This document shows positions 34,010 through 47,754 of a stretch of 64,000 nt of DNA, piece by piece. Source of the DNA: Gonapodya sp. JEL0774 (lineage: Eukaryota); contig JADIIX010000084.1 of assembly GCA_027604505.1 (NCBI GenBank), positions 1 through 64,000 on the forward strand, read 5' to 3'. The notes under the pieces are model-generated. The model had not been told where the DNA came from, searched no databases, and saw only the letters and a list, made by a program, of their open reading frames with translations. The position numbers and the translations under genes are program-made. Every line of letters begins with the position of its first letter. Position 1 is the first letter of the stretch.

Positions 34010-35797
34010 ATGAAAGGACGATCGTTCTTCGTGCTCCCGTTTTTGCTCGTGCTCTTTGCCCCGTCGCTCCATGCTCTGGGGCAGAGTCCACTCTCCGCAC
34101 AGAACGTGAGCCCCATCGTTCTCAAATCTTCCGTAAATGTGAATTCCAGCAAGATTCAAGCTGTCCTTGATTTGAGTGAGCCAATAACAGTACGTGAATG
34201 CCCCGTCAAATTTGATTGCTTCTGGTGTTGACAAGGGTGCTCAGGAAACATTCGCTGGGATCGCTACGTACGCTCACATGCCATGGGTAAAATGCTTTAC
34301 AGATGGCGCTGAAAGCCTTGACATAGGTATTGTGGGAATTCCTTTCGATGTGAGTTTGATAAACAGGATTGGTTCGTTCGTGCATTTCTTGACACGATCA
34401 TGTATTCTGCAATCTCTTCGAAGACGGCTGTCACTTACCGGCGTTAGTATTAAGAGTCTAATGAAAGATTGGAAGTAGTTTATTTTGACGTTTTACCGTC
34501 CTGCAATGTCACATTAGCTGGTGCTCGGTTCGGTCCGTCGGCTATTCGTACTGGGGCTCGCAGAATCCAATATAAGAAAGGTGAGCACTTACGTGCGACG
34601 AAGGTCGGGTCACTTTCATGGTTGCTCAATCAAGAACTCCCTCTTATTTCCGCAAGGCTACGACAACAACTGTACGTACAACGATATAGTTTAACAGCAT
34701 CTTCCAGTTTTTTTCACGGCGCCTTGTCGAACAGGGAAATTCAGCCCTTTCTCTCAATGGGCGAAGGTCGTTGATTGCGGTGATATGGCTGTGTCGCCCT
34801 TCTCCAACACCAAAGCGTTCGACCAAATGTACCGAGGCTATTTGCATCTCATCACTCGACCACCTGCACACGAATTCAAAGGTCTCGTATCACACCCGAG
34901 GTTCATCACTCTCGGAGGGGATCACAGTATTACACTCCCAGTCCTTCGGGCTCTCAAAGAGGTCTACGGACCTATCGCTGTGCTGCACTTTGACAGTCAC
35001 CTTGTGGGTCACTTTTTTTGTCAAATTTTGAAGAACGATTGCTTGAATTGACTTAATGAACTCAACCAACTTCAGGACAGCTGGCGAAATTACGGGGACT
35101 CTGAGGAAGAAGCATACACACATGGGACGATGTTCTGGTAGGTCCCGCTTTAACTGCGACCTCACAATTTTACTGATGTTCAGCCTCCGGTAATGCAGGA
35201 ACGCGTGGCGTGAAGGGCTCACCTTGCCAGGGAAGAACGTGCACGTTGGAATCCGAACTCGGCTTGTGTAAGTAGACGGGCGCGACTGGAATCTATATGT
35301 TCGTTGACCCTGACCGCGCTCATCACTGCAGTGACGAGAGGGACTACATCGAGGACAAGTCATACGGGTGGAGGATTATCGAGTTCGTCGACTATTACAA
35401 ATTAGGGGTTGATGGCATAATCCGCGAGATTAAGGAGACCATTGGAGATGCACCGTGTTATCTGAGTCTCGACATCGTGAGTTGCCCTAAGTTTTGTGGA
35501 TTTTCGGATGATCTTGTATTGACGATCGGGCCACAGGATGTTGTGAACCCTGGAGAGGCACCTGCAACGGGCACAATCGAACCAGGGGGTTTCCTTGCAC
35601 GGGAAATTCAAGCAATACTACGTGGTCTCGGTGGTCTCAATATTGTCGGTGCCGACGTCGTCGAAGTTGCACCAGCCTATGATAATGCGGAAATCACAGC
35701 AACCCTCGCGGCGAACTTGGTCTTTGACATGACAGCTCTGATGGTGAAACGTCCAGTGGCAATGAAAACTGATGCAACAGTGCATGCAGAGCTTTGA
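34010..35797 (+). CDS. Agmatinase/guanidinobutyrase-like ureohydrolase with a signal peptide
   Basis: TFAGIATYAHMP; IVGIPFD; GARFGPSAIR; DCGD; LGGDHSIT; VLHFDSHL|DSW; HGTMF; HVGIR; YLSLDI|DVVNPGEAPATGTIEPGG; VGADVVEVAPAYD. N-terminus is hydrophobic (MKGRSFFVLPFLLVLFAPSLHALG). Confidence 0.93.
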
Positions 35798-35860
35798 TGT
35801 ATTCGTAGCACGACCTGTATTATGCGACGCTATTGGAAAACATTGGATGGTAGGCCGCTG

Positions 35861-38054
35861 CTATTTTCTGCGGTCCAAAATTCCCGCCCGTCTCGCGATA
35901 TCCTTGGAGAAAGACTGTTATCTTGATGACTCCACTCGAACCACATTCGCCATTCTCACCTGGTAGTCCTCAAGCACTCCGTCGTACGCCTCTCGAACTT
36001 TCTGTGTCCTTTCCCACACTGGCATATCCGCAAGAACATCGCGATTCTTCAGGTAGATCCGACGCTTGACCATAAGGCGGTATGCCCGTGTTGCAGGGTC
36101 AGACTGCAACTTGGGTCTTGGAAGGTTAAGATAAAGGTGAAGTTCCGTTAGGCGAAGAGCTTGTTGCTGTAGAACATAGTGAACAAAGAGCTGACGTTCT
36201 CTCGCACAAAACAACTAGAAATCACCTTCGTAACTTTCCATCGCGTTGCCAAACGCTCTACCTCAACATCAAATACTTTTCTTTCGACGTCCGTTGTCGT
36301 GCATGTCACCACCCCATCAACACTTCTATCTAACAAAAGACCAACACTTCCATTATTTGTCGCAGCAGAGACATCATCCGAGCTAGCTCCGTCATAATCA
36401 GCTGGAAGCACTTGTACAGCTTTCTTCGAAGTTATTGTGCCTTTCACGGTACTACCATTCCAAAACAGATCAACGGATAGTCGGGAGAACGCGTTCTGAG
36501 ATCTCAGGAGTCCGTAATCACAATGATCACGGAGGTCCATCATGGTATCGTTGGGTTCCTCAACTGTGGATGCAGTTCCAACGTTTGGGTGCAAGTTCTC
36601 CCGTTCCATCCCATGTATCATGAACATCACGGACTCACTCGCAATCTCGGCCACTTCCTCCATCCCAAAGTATGCGTTGTAAAGCGATCGATACAATGAC
36701 GCTTCAGCACAATTCGGAAGAAATGGCAGATTGTGTCAGCTGAACGCCAAACTGATTGAGGAAATGGCCGAACTCACAACCCACGCTCTTGCCTTGCCAC
36801 GGGGGCAAAACTAGAATCTGGCTTATCCTCTCTCTGGTCCGCCAGTTCACTTCTTTAGAACTGACAGCGCGCAATCCCAACACCTCGTCATTCCCTAGTT
36901 CCTCGTATTGCCAATCAAGTTTGGGATATCGGTATGGGTAACAAGTCGCAAACCCCGCAAAGGATCGATACGGATTCGTGGGAGAGTTGGGATTAGGAGT
37001 AGAGTGAAAACTGTCCACGTGGAAGTTGCATCGAGTGTGGGGGTGTATAACAAGACATCAACGCTGGACATATCATTTGGACTCACACACAATAAACCTC
37101 CCACCGAAGATCGGAGTCATCAATGTACTGTGCTCCGTCAATGTAGAAGAGCAGGAATAATCGAATGCGCCGGTAATAATTCAGACACACGGGATCTGAA
37201 AGTGGAAGCTTTGTCGCCACACCAAACAGCGAAATGAGTCACCAATATCACGGTGGATCAACGTGAACGGCAATACTTACCTTATACACCTCGAATGAAT
37301 CTACTTCATTGGACCCTTCAGACTCATTGATAACTGCCTCATGATTGGCCTCATCATAGTCGGCCATGCCCTCCATGGTATCAGCAGCATCGGATGCAGC
37401 ACCAGGTCCTTTCTTCTTTGGATGACGCGAATCGCCTGGTGTGGAGCGCTTCCGCTTGCCATGGTTGGATGGGGCGCCGGACACTTCGCCGTTCCCTCCA
37501 ACATCCGCAAAATGTTTCTTCACCGAAAATTCATGCCAAACTTCTCCGGGCGGCACAAACTCGCGATCTCCCTGTGTACACAAATGCACAAACGCACTCC
37601 AAGTGCATGCAAGTTCCAGGCCACATTCGTCGAAGCGGGCCTTGAACGCTCCACTTATGTCGTGAGGCTCGTATTCGGAGAGCGATGAATCATCGTTTAT
37701 GACCGCGTCATAGGAGACATGCAGGAATGGATGAAGAGATGTTGCTGAAAATAGGCAAATGATTCGTAGCTTTTTGTATCCGAAAATCTTGTCATCCGGG
37801 AAAAGCGGCCACGCTACAATCGGTGGATATGGTGCGAGACCGTCAAGTTCGTCTATGGATGGCTCTGACGTCGTCAAATCCGCTGCATGGACTGTCAGAG
37901 TCATTGGGACACCGTCAATGATGATCGCGGACACACGAAAGGCATAGTGGTATCGGAATCACAAACCCCAACCGAATTTGATGACATCGGTCGCCTCGCA
38001 GATCCATTTTTCCAGTTGTGAAGGTACTGGTGGAGGTGTCGGTCGAAGCGCCAT
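35861..38054 (-). CDS. HAT1: Histone acetyltransferase type B catalytic subunit
   Basis: EKWICEATDVIKF; WPLFPDDKIFGYKKLRI..FSATSL; FAGFATCYPY; RERISQILVLPPWQGKSVG; TVEEPNDTMMDLRDHCD; YRLMVKRRIYLKNRDVL..ERTQKVREAYDGVLEDY. Confidence 0.9.
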
Positions 38055-38497
38055 ACATGTAAGGTCCAACAACGAAAAAGGGGAAGTCGTGACGTCATGT
38101 CCCGGACAGAAGGTGTATCAAGAGGAAAGAAGAAGGTAGTGAGTCAACGCTGCTTGTTGAGACGGGACTAGCATCCTTACTTGTAGACATTGGGTTGAAG
38201 TTGATTTGACCCGATTAAGAACGATTCCAGACTGGATTCGCAAAAATCCTTCCTCGAGCGTTGGAAAGAATCGATTGCTGAACGATCGAAGGTTTCAAAC
38301 TCTGTGGGTCGGGGAACAGGCGAATACTGCACTCACTTTTGATGAACAGGTGGTCTGAAGCAATGAAGAGCACAAAGGAGTAACCGCGATAAACAACATG
38401 ATAAAGGTCCTCAAATTTGTGATTACATTCTCAAAAAATAGCTACATCTCCAACGTTGATCTTCGTAACTGATCACATCTGTTGGGAATGAAGGGCA

Positions 38498-39901
38498 TCA
38501 GTCCAAATTGTGTAACGACACGGTCTTGTATTCCGCAGGAGACGTAAGTTCAATCATCTCGATGTCGTCACTGTAATCGACGACTTCGTGCTTCCAGCCC
38601 GGTTTTTGCCTGCGTTCGCCCAAAACAGCGCTCAACAGTCACTTCTCAGGAAGAAAATGAGCTCCAGCTTCACCCACATTATGCAGCCACCAGCAATGGT
38701 CCTGTTTGGTTTATCGGTGCCAGATTCGATCTTTGAGTATCGAATGTCTATCCACCCTTTGATCACATAGACTAAGACACCCATCGCTTAGCAAGGAGTG
38801 ATGTTCGCTCGCACAACAAAGCCCACCCACTCATTTGGAACTCCAGAAGATGTTGGTGAGCTCCAGTTCCGCCCTTGCATCCAGGCTTTGCTCGTATAAC
38901 GTGTCCCCCAAAACGCCCTTGGGTACACTCGGCGATCCCCAAGTCCCGGTAGAGAAACATGGGCCTTTGGTCACAAAGTAACTATACGGAGACGACGAAA
39001 ACGAGAGCGCAAAATCACCTCAGGCCGTCCTCCTTGAAATCCGACCCGTCTGGTGCAGGATGACGAACTGAGAACTTCATGCCATTAGCACTGATTGGAC
39101 CTCCTTCTGTAAGATCATTGTGGTCGATTGGACCGACTGATCGCGTTGGGAAAGGATCCTGATCCCAGAATGGAGCAGAGCACTCTTCAACGTCGTTTAT
39201 CACAACTGTGCACAACAAACTTACCGGACCAATAACCTCCAGAAGAACAATATCATCGCTGGCACGCAGCTCGTTGTGATGAATACCCGGGTTTTGAAAA
39301 ACGCAGGTCCCCGGGATGTAGTTGACCACGCCATGCCCTTTATAATCTGTTCATCATGTGTGAGAAACACAGCCGCTTCTCTCTGCCGAGCGTGTCAAGT
39401 GATCTCACCAAAGCTTATAGAACCTTGCAAAACGTACACGAACTGGAAATAAAGATCGTGGGCGTGTGGACCTGTGGTACCTTTGCCCTTGAACTGGGCG
39501 CTGAAATCGCAAAGGCTCGTGAGAGCACAAAAAACAAGCAACTAGAGTTGTAACCAACTTTCCGCGGATAAGATGGGCGTGAAATGCTCCACCGGTAGCT
39601 TCCCGTACACCCAGTGACCGATACTGAAATGCATTGCTTTGCAGGATTGAACAACAAATGACGATGAATACGTTGGCCCTCTAACCTCAAAAAATGGTCT
39701 CAGTCCTCCTGGAACAAAGTCTGCGTCACCGTGCTTTGTGAGATCACTCGGATTCAAGGCTAGAAAGCTCCAAGTCGCCGAATCATTCGCAAGGGCGGGT
39801 TTGGGGTTCGAATCGTTGGCAGCAACTGCGGATTGATTCAAATATTGGCAGCTCCGATTGTATAAGAACGACCGAGATGCGAGCAATCTACCTGGAGCCA
39901 T
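38498..39901 (-). CDS. Tandem (bi-)cupin protein with a putative mitochondrial presequence
   Basis: Two homologous units. Unit 1: DFVPGGLRPFFE..LGVREATGGAFHAHLIR..GPHAHDLYFQFVYVLQG..GTCVFQNPGIHHNELRASDDIVLLEVIGP. Unit 2: DFKEDGLR..LYRDLGIAECTQGRFGGHVIRA..GAHQHLLEFQM..KGWIDIRY..QKPGWKHEVVDYSDDIEMIELTSPAEYKT. Confidence 0.85.
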
Positions 39902-40449
39902 TAGCCTTGGTGTTGGTGTCAGTTCTGTGCGGTTATCGGATAAAGTATCGCCGACGAACCCAAGAGAACTAGGAACGTGAATGTTTTTGTTCCCACTTTA
40001 ATTCACTTGACTACTATATGCTGCAACTGTTGTCTGGAGTGGCATGGGTGAGATGGTTTAGCAACGGTTGCTTGGGACTCCGGTCCAGCAAATCTTCATG
40101 GTCCACGTCTGGGGGGCATTTGGTCCACATAGTGTCCAACGCTGAAGGGTACAAGAGCCGATGAGACTACATATATAGAACCCGAAGGCTTCGAGAAGAA
40201 ATGAAAATTAGAGTCATACTTTCTATATCGTACCACGGTTGTGAATGAGTCATTGGCTCCATTGAACAAAAGTGGCGTGACTTTCCAAGAAATGATTGAT
40301 CCCGTCCGGCAAGATACAGTGACTTTGACGTTTTGTATATGTTCAAACTGGGCTTGCTTTCTTACTTTCCTTCTATTTCGCGAACATTTACTTCCACTGT
40401 TGCATGATGTTTTATGTAATAATGTGCAAAAGTTTACTCAAACTGAAGT

Positions 40450-42803
40450 TCAATCTGCTCCCTCCACTTCGGGATTGCACTGACTCCTAGTCTCCTCCTC
40501 ACCAGGTGCGTCCAGTGCTGCTGGAGCCCGTCCGCTCACATCGAATAACGAAGGACTATCCGAGCTGGAGGTACCAGACAAGTACTCAGCATCAGCTGCT
40601 CTACGAGCTTCCCGCGCTGCACGGTAGCCCCGAAGCCGCCCGCGGTCGTGCGTCCGTGTACTAGTGAGGGAGATTGTCATCTTTCCATCATGAGCTAGAA
40701 AAGTAGAAAGAAAATGACGTACTGTTGTTTCAGATGGTCGGCTCTGTAGAAGGTCCGACCACAACCGTGGTTTGGACATACGAAAGGTCTGAGGTCTGCG
40801 TGGCTTCGCCGATGCCGCTGCATAACCAGTGCGATATGAGCGACAAATTTCAAGAACATCAAAAGCTCGGGAGACTCACTGCTAAATGCGAGCCTGAAGG
40901 TCGCGACCACAACATTCATGGCGTCAGACTCGAAGAGGGGTGGCGAACACATCCGACTTAACTCACTTGTTCGGTAGGCCTTGCCACACGCCCCACAGAT
41001 GTATCTCCTCTCCTTGCTGTCACCGTCCTCCTCGCCATCAGAAGCATGGTGATATTCATGCTCCGCAGATTCCCAGGGCCTCCCGTTCCCTGGATCGTAC
41101 AAGCCACCCGTCCGTCCCATTTCCCACTGAGGATTCATTACACGTTCTGCAGGCTCCCAGGAGGGGGGTGCGCTAGGGAGCCCATAGTAACCTTGGCTAG
41201 GATGCAACGATGCCATATCCTCGGGATGACCCACTCCGAACGCAGAAACAAACGGGGCTGGATTAGCATACGTAGGGCGACGAGAAAGAGCTGCAGCCGC
41301 AGGTGAAAGTCCCGAAGTGTCTCGATACAAGGGCTCTGGGATACTGTGTCCTGCCTGTGCCGTTGCCTCAGGACCTTGTTGTGGAGAGCCGTTATTTCCA
41401 CTATGCGACAGACGAGAGAGCTCTGGAGCTGACATATGGCGACTATACGTATTCGAAAAGTTGCCTTGTTGGAAGGATGGTTCCACACTCGGTGGGTCTC
41501 GCCTCCCACCTTCCCGGCGCAACACATCGTTCGTATAAGAATAGGGGAGTTCTGGTTGCATTTGGTGTTGTTGGCGCTCTTGATGGTAAGGGTATCCTTG
41601 CGTCTCGCTAGATGATTCCGGGAAGTCAGAGACGCGGCGGTTGATAACATGCGGTAGGTTAGGAGGGAGAAATGGGGGATTAATGTACCGTCCGTGGTCG
41701 GGATAAGCGGGGTTGTAATTAGTTGATGGAGGACTAAACAGCGGTTGTCTCATTTCGGGTGGAATTGTGGTATTCACTGCATCGCGGTGACTGGGTTGAA
41801 GAGGGGCGAGGGTGGTATGACGATAAACACCCGATGGGTGTCCCTGGAGGGGAAGTACCACACAACGGACCGGCATAGCGACGAACCGTTGAGCAATATG
41901 TGACATGTGGCAACCACTCGAACTGAAGAGACAGTACTCACGGAATTGTGATCTGCATAGTGATAATTCGAGCCGCCCATTCCCATTGTCGGCAGCTCCC
42001 ATGGAGGCGGCCCCAGCGCCGTCGGAGGACTCTCAAATCCACCACGTTCTAAGACTTCCATAGACGCGGAGACTCGGTTATTCTGGAAAATTCGTGGATA
42101 ACGCAACCAAGAATCAGGTGCACTGTTCGCGAAGGGAGGATTCGGCGGAACAGCAGGAGAGGCTATGAGCTTCGAAGGATCAAAGTTTTGACGGACGGCC
42201 ACTGGAATCTCCTGTGTGAAAAGATGACAACAGTGGTAGTGGTGGTCACTAACTTCCAGACACTGACAGCTGTTATTTTTCTCATACCTGGCGGAATGAA
42301 GGTCGACTATCCCCTTGGAGGCGAGAATCCCAAAGATTCAACGAGTTAGGATTCCAGTTTCCAGTATAATGTGGTGCTCTGGTGGTTGGGACCCAATTCT
42401 CCAACTTCAAACTTATGGTACTCTGGTGCGCGATATCACCCGGTCGAAGTGATGTGGGAGCGAACGGAGAACTTGCAGAAGGATGAGCAGGAATGTTATG
42501 GAAAGGGGGAAGCTGGGTATGCGAGATTTTGTTGTGTCCAGAAAAATCGGAAGCAGAGCCGCGTAGCGGTTGACCTTCAGCTCCGGTGTGGCTGGACGCA
42601 GGCCGGGGAAATGTCAGTCTCGGGTTGAGTCCAGGAGAAGGCTGCCACGAGATATCGCCAGGATTGCTCTCGACAGTTCGAGTCGTAGACGAAGGGTTGT
42701 CGGACTGCGGACCCCCAGATTTGAAGGCGTCCGGAGTCCCTGCTGCAGGAAGGGGGCCTCCTGCCGGGGAGCCTTGAGTGGGGTCTCCGCCCATTCCTTC
42801 CAT
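40450..42803 (-). CDS. C2H2 zinc-finger transcription factor (two C-terminal fingers)
   Basis: YICGACGKAYRT..MQRHRRSHADLRPFVCPNHGCGRTFYRADHLKQH|TRTH, preceded by a long P/S/Q-rich region. Confidence 0.88.
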
Positions 42804-43493
42804 CTTTCAATGGCACTCGAACCCCGAAAAGAGTTTAAAGTTGGTACGGGACACCCCCCGAACGGAGCAAAGGCATCCGTAGGGATTGAGGGTGGGGTTT
42901 TCAATTATACGAAAGTGACTGTGTTCCCAACCAACCGGCGGAAGCACACCTCTTCATCAATTTCTCTGTATCTTTTGAAGCGAGGTCACGAAACTAGTAC
43001 TAAACTGCTTTCGTGGAGTGGTTGATTAATTTTCGCTTTCACAGATCGGCAATGATGGTCAACACGGCAACCGGCGAAGTGTCGTTGCTTCCAGATCAGG
43101 CCTGACGTCACAAGGTTGTAACACACAATCCTTATAATACTCTCTGTTCATCACCGTTTAGTCCCAATATGCATGAGACATTCAGTAAATCGATAAATTT
43201 TACTGTGCTTGAAGGTGCATCGAGCGTTCGAGACCGAGCAGATCCAGCACAAACCGAACTTCCGGCAGGGCGAGGAAACCCTTCACAGCGTTTTGTGAAC
43301 GACCTTCGATCGGAGAGCAGGGTTCTCAGAATCCTTTTTTGTGGATGGGTAAATTTCGAAGGGGGCTTTGAAGGGACAAACCAGCCCGCTCGGCAAAATA
43401 CGGAACCACCGAAACAACTGTCTGGGAAATGTTTCAAGTGCTTCGAAATTCATTCGCCGCCAGCGCTTTCTTGATCAACTGAACTATTTATTA

Positions 43494-45726
43494 CTAGATC
43501 TTCAGTTTCGCTAGCCTCTCTGCAGCGGCATCCAACATGGACCTGCTTTTACAAAACGCGAATCTGATATACCTCCCAGCAATCACGTTCCCATCAACGT
43601 CATTTGAGTCGTAAAAAGGGGAAGGTGGGATACCACCCACCCCCGCCTCTGCGACAAGCCATCGCGCCATCCTATAATCCCGGCGATTCTCATGTGCGTA
43701 AAGAGGTGAGGAGGCAAGGGCCGGTACAGAAATGGGATCCGGGAGATGCGAAACGTCCGACATGATGAAGTATCCGCCTAGACATACTTGATTGCTCAGA
43801 TTGAAAACGAGGTCGTGGAACGATGGATCTTACCATGTGGCTTGCATGGACTGAGGTTGGAGTCTCGTAAAATGTTCAGAAGATGATCGCGGAGGTCTTG
43901 ATATTGCTTTCGCTGTTGCTCAAAAAAGCCGGTCTTGATCGCGTGCTCAAACGATAGAGCTGTCGCTTCCTCCACGAAGCCACCGAGAATGCTCAGAACA
44001 ACACGAATTCCAAGTGACGCTCCGCAGGAAACTTACTTGTAGAGGGTTGACGATAGCGAATGGTACCCATTGGTGTACTGATGACCAGATGTGCTCAAAA
44101 AAATGACTGCGAGACGACTGATCAGCCCGACCAAAACGTCCTCCACACTCACCAAGCCAGACGGTCCTTATCAATTCCGCTGGTGCAGCAATCCAGCCGA
44201 TTTTCCAGCCTGTCACCCCCATTCTACATGATTTTAATGCGTTCGAAGAATATTGTTGTCACTGTGGCATAACATTGGTCGAGAACACTCACGTTTTGCC
44301 GACCGAACCTATTGTGAGAGTCCTTTCCCACATTCCGGGAAGGGATGCTGAGAAAATACAACGCATTCCGTTTAACAGTTGATAGGCCTCGAGTTTGATA
44401 CTAGGATGCGATATCTCACCAAACTTGATCATTGGGTTGGGTGCATCGTCAAATACCAGTGTCTCGCTGCCATTGCACAAGAGAGGAATTCTTGGGAGTG
44501 TCCGTAGAGGATACTTTAAAAATACTCACTAAACTTCATCGGCAAGTACGATGAGATCGTGCCTGGTTGCAATATCTGCCAACCGTTCAAGCTCGGATAG
44601 CGTCCAAACCTTGCCTGTGCATGGATAAAATTCAAAGACGGTTCGACACATCCACAGTGAGATCCAGAACGAGTACAATTGTGCACACTAACCGACTGGA
44701 TTGTTCGGGTTGTTGAGCAGCTTCGAGGAAGCGACGAGGATATATTTGTATTCCGAGCAAGTTTCGGCCACCACAACTCACAATCATTTTGACCTTGCCC
44801 TTTTCCTGCACACAAAGTCTTTCGATTTCATCAAAATCTACCTTCCAATCGTCCGATGTCTCAGCATTGCGGTCTTTTGGGGGCCGAATGTTGACGAACA
44901 AGGAGCGCCCTCCCGCAAGGTGCACGCTGGCAGGGTATGAGTCGTAATGGGGAGATATAAGAATTGCCGCATCTCCGGGAGAAATAAACGCTTGTATTGA
45001 AGAAAAAATGGCTGCCCGAATCGTCTCGAGGTTGAGCAATCCTCCTTTCCAAGGTGAATATTTCAAACTCTCACCTTCGGTGGCCCCAACAGTCGTCAAA
45101 ATCTCCGTAAGAGGGTTCAGTTCTCTTTTCAGACCATCCTTGTAAAATTCAGCAAGGACTGATAACAGTAATTTCAGCAGATTTGCGTACATATTGAAAT
45201 GATTGTCCCTAACCGTTCACCAAATGGGGATTTCCCTCGCTCCGAGCGTACTGCTGGATAAGATTATCCTGGGCCATTGTCTGAGAAGCGTAATCTCGGA
45301 TGAATTGAGGGACTGGGATGGTTGGGAAACCCTGATGATCGGGTCACGTGTTCAAACTTGAACTTCGGATAGATAGCCCTTGCCAGCATTTCTCTCTTAC
45401 TTGTCCTAGGTTGACTGCATTGCGTTCAATGCACATAGCCGTGAATTCTTGGGTATGTTAAGAGGAGATAAGTAGGCAACGATATATCGCACCATCGCAC
45501 CGGTGAGTTTTCGGACTCACCTGAGAACACGGTTCCTTCGGGGTGAAATGCGTTGAGTTTATGCGAGCCCTAGTGCAGAGGCAGCATCAGAGTTATGGAC
45601 TGCTTCCCGAGGTCGCGATCGCTGTCGTGGCTAGATGATTTGAGACACTACCTTCGACGAAATCTTAGACTTCGAAGGCGCCGATTGCGGGTGGGCTCCA
45701 TTCGCAGTGGAAGTATTTCCTGTCAT
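43494..45726 (-). CDS. Class I/II PLP aminotransferase, kynurenine aminotransferase (BNA3/KYAT)-like; 5' end uncertain
   Basis: EFTAMCIERNAVNLGQ|GFP; QYARSEG; EILTTVGATE; PHYDSY; LNNPNNP; SLPGMWERTLTIGSVGKT (PLP lysine); GVTGWKIGW; GVGGIPPSPFY; YIRFAFCKS. Confidence 0.92.
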
Positions 45727-46161
45727 CGTCGCGAAGGTAGTTGATTGGCCTTTGAAATGATGCTTGAAATGAGGAGAGGAAGGCTACAATAGGAGTTTGA
45801 TTCCGCAGGTGAAAGAGGATACCACTCACCAGCTTGCGTCCCGGCTGACAATTACTTTTCAAGCTGAAAAAGGCAAATTTGTTTGCAATGATGGGTGAAA
45901 CAAGATTAGCGAGAATGCGGGTGTGCATGCAATATCAGATTGGGGGGACGTCCATACCGTGGTTGGCGATAAAAGCAAATCAACATCACTGACATTTTCA
46001 CTGCTGGAGAACACTGTTATATCATTGAGCAGAAGTACCATTTCGCACTGTACAATAGGCATGAAATAGTTTTGCGATAAGTTAATGACAAATGTTGAAT
46101 GGGTTACTTGCAAAACTTCTCGGACAAGAAGCGAAAGTCTCAGTATATGTGGTAAATGTAG

Positions 46162-47754
46162 TTAGCTCGGCTCAGTTGCTGGTGATCCAATCTGGTATCT
46201 CCTCGTAGTTCTTCCCATTGCAGGACTTGGGGGAGAACTTTCTGGGACCACCACGTAACCTGCCACTGGCGCTGGTGGAGGGCTATTTGTCGCAAGGTTA
46301 AGTGTTGATGCGGATCGACGATTTGCGCCAATAGTTGGCATGGGGGTTGCTTCCTCCTCCTGTGTTCTCTGCTGCTCCTGCTTTCCTGCCACTCCACCAA
46401 CCTCCTGTGCAGTTTCAGTCTCCTCGTCACTGTCATCCATTATTGATTGCAGTACCTGCACATGACCTCCCGCATTTCGATTCAGGTAGGGATTTACAGG
46501 CACTGGCTTCTTTACCGGTAATTTAGGACTCATTGGCACAAGAGGTTTCTGTGGACTCGTGGGGCTCTGGGCTGCCGCGGGGCTCCCAATTGTCACCGGG
46601 ATTTGCGGCGATGCAACGGGATCGGGGAAAATTGGCACAGATGACTCCTGGATCAGTGGTTCTGGCCCCGAGTCCTCAACTTCTTCCGGACCATTCCCAG
46701 AAGTTGGCACGAGCGAAGATCCTTGCGACGCTCCCCACGAATTTACATCGGCTGCTTTGGAGTTTGCAGGAGGCTTGGCATGCCCGTAATTTATGCGCTG
46801 GGGTGGTTGAGGTGGGTTGGTGTCTACACCACTGTCGGAGCCGGCAAACGATTGGGGCCGTGTGTGTGCAGTACCACCAACGGGAGAGGACATTTGAAAA
46901 TCACGTCCTGGTCTAGCATGGCACGTCGGAAGGGTTATGGTTGCGGCACTACTGGTGTCCATGGAACAGTGCACCAGAAAACTTACCTTGGAGTGCCGAG
47001 AGGACCCCTCATATCTCCTTGCTCTGGAGAACCACGGGATCCGTTGCGATGGTGCCTAGTGAGTGTATCAGATGGAGGAGTAATTGCATGAACACCTCCG
47101 AGAACTAATGGGACCCTCACCACGGCTGGTACCCATGCATCGCTCCAGATTGTTCTATATCCCCACCTGGTTGCCGTTTGTAGTTGTTGAAAGCAGTGGG
47201 TGGTGCTGTTGGGCTTTCAGCTGGCAATTGTTCCATAACGAGTGTGTTGTGCGAATTGTGTGGACTGCCCGGCACTGACGATGAAAAAGAATTGACATTA
47301 TCGTGTCAAGGAGCGCCAAGTTGCCAAGAAGTGTGTGAGGTTCGGAAAATGACATTGCATAGGGAGAAAAGATGATCTCACGGCAATGTAAGTTGAACTC
47401 ACTTCGCGATGTTGACCTCGGCAGCAGCGGAGCATACTGCATCGATTGTATAAGCATACTCTCCCTATGTTTGTCCGTTTTAACGACTGCAGCTGTGATT
47501 TCTTTTGAAGCCATTGCGAGTGTCGACGCAAAGGGATTTCCTGAAAGTGATTGATTGAACGGGGAGAGTCGGAGCTTAAGACTGTGTATTTCACGAATGT
47601 TGTTCCTGTGTCGCCATAGCTGGAATCCGTTTAAAGCAATCAGTATCACAATCACACCGATGAGACCAAAGGAAACCGAAGTCAGGAGTGGACAAGACTG
47701 CTCAGCAGAGACGGTTTGCCGGAGAACAAGACGCAGCGATTGCGGGCTGGGCAT
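46162..47754 (-). CDS. Hypothetical single-pass membrane protein with a long Pro/Ser-rich cytoplasmic tail
   Basis: TM segment VSFGLIGVIVILIALNGFQLW followed by basic residues. The downstream 270-aa disordered ORF is on the same strand and has plausible splice sites. No family recognised. Confidence 0.5.

Noticed and set aside
14328..45726. Nitrogen/amine metabolic gene cluster (permease, HisD, agmatinase, aminotransferase)
   Set aside because: The genes are separated by unrelated housekeeping genes and belong to different pathways.
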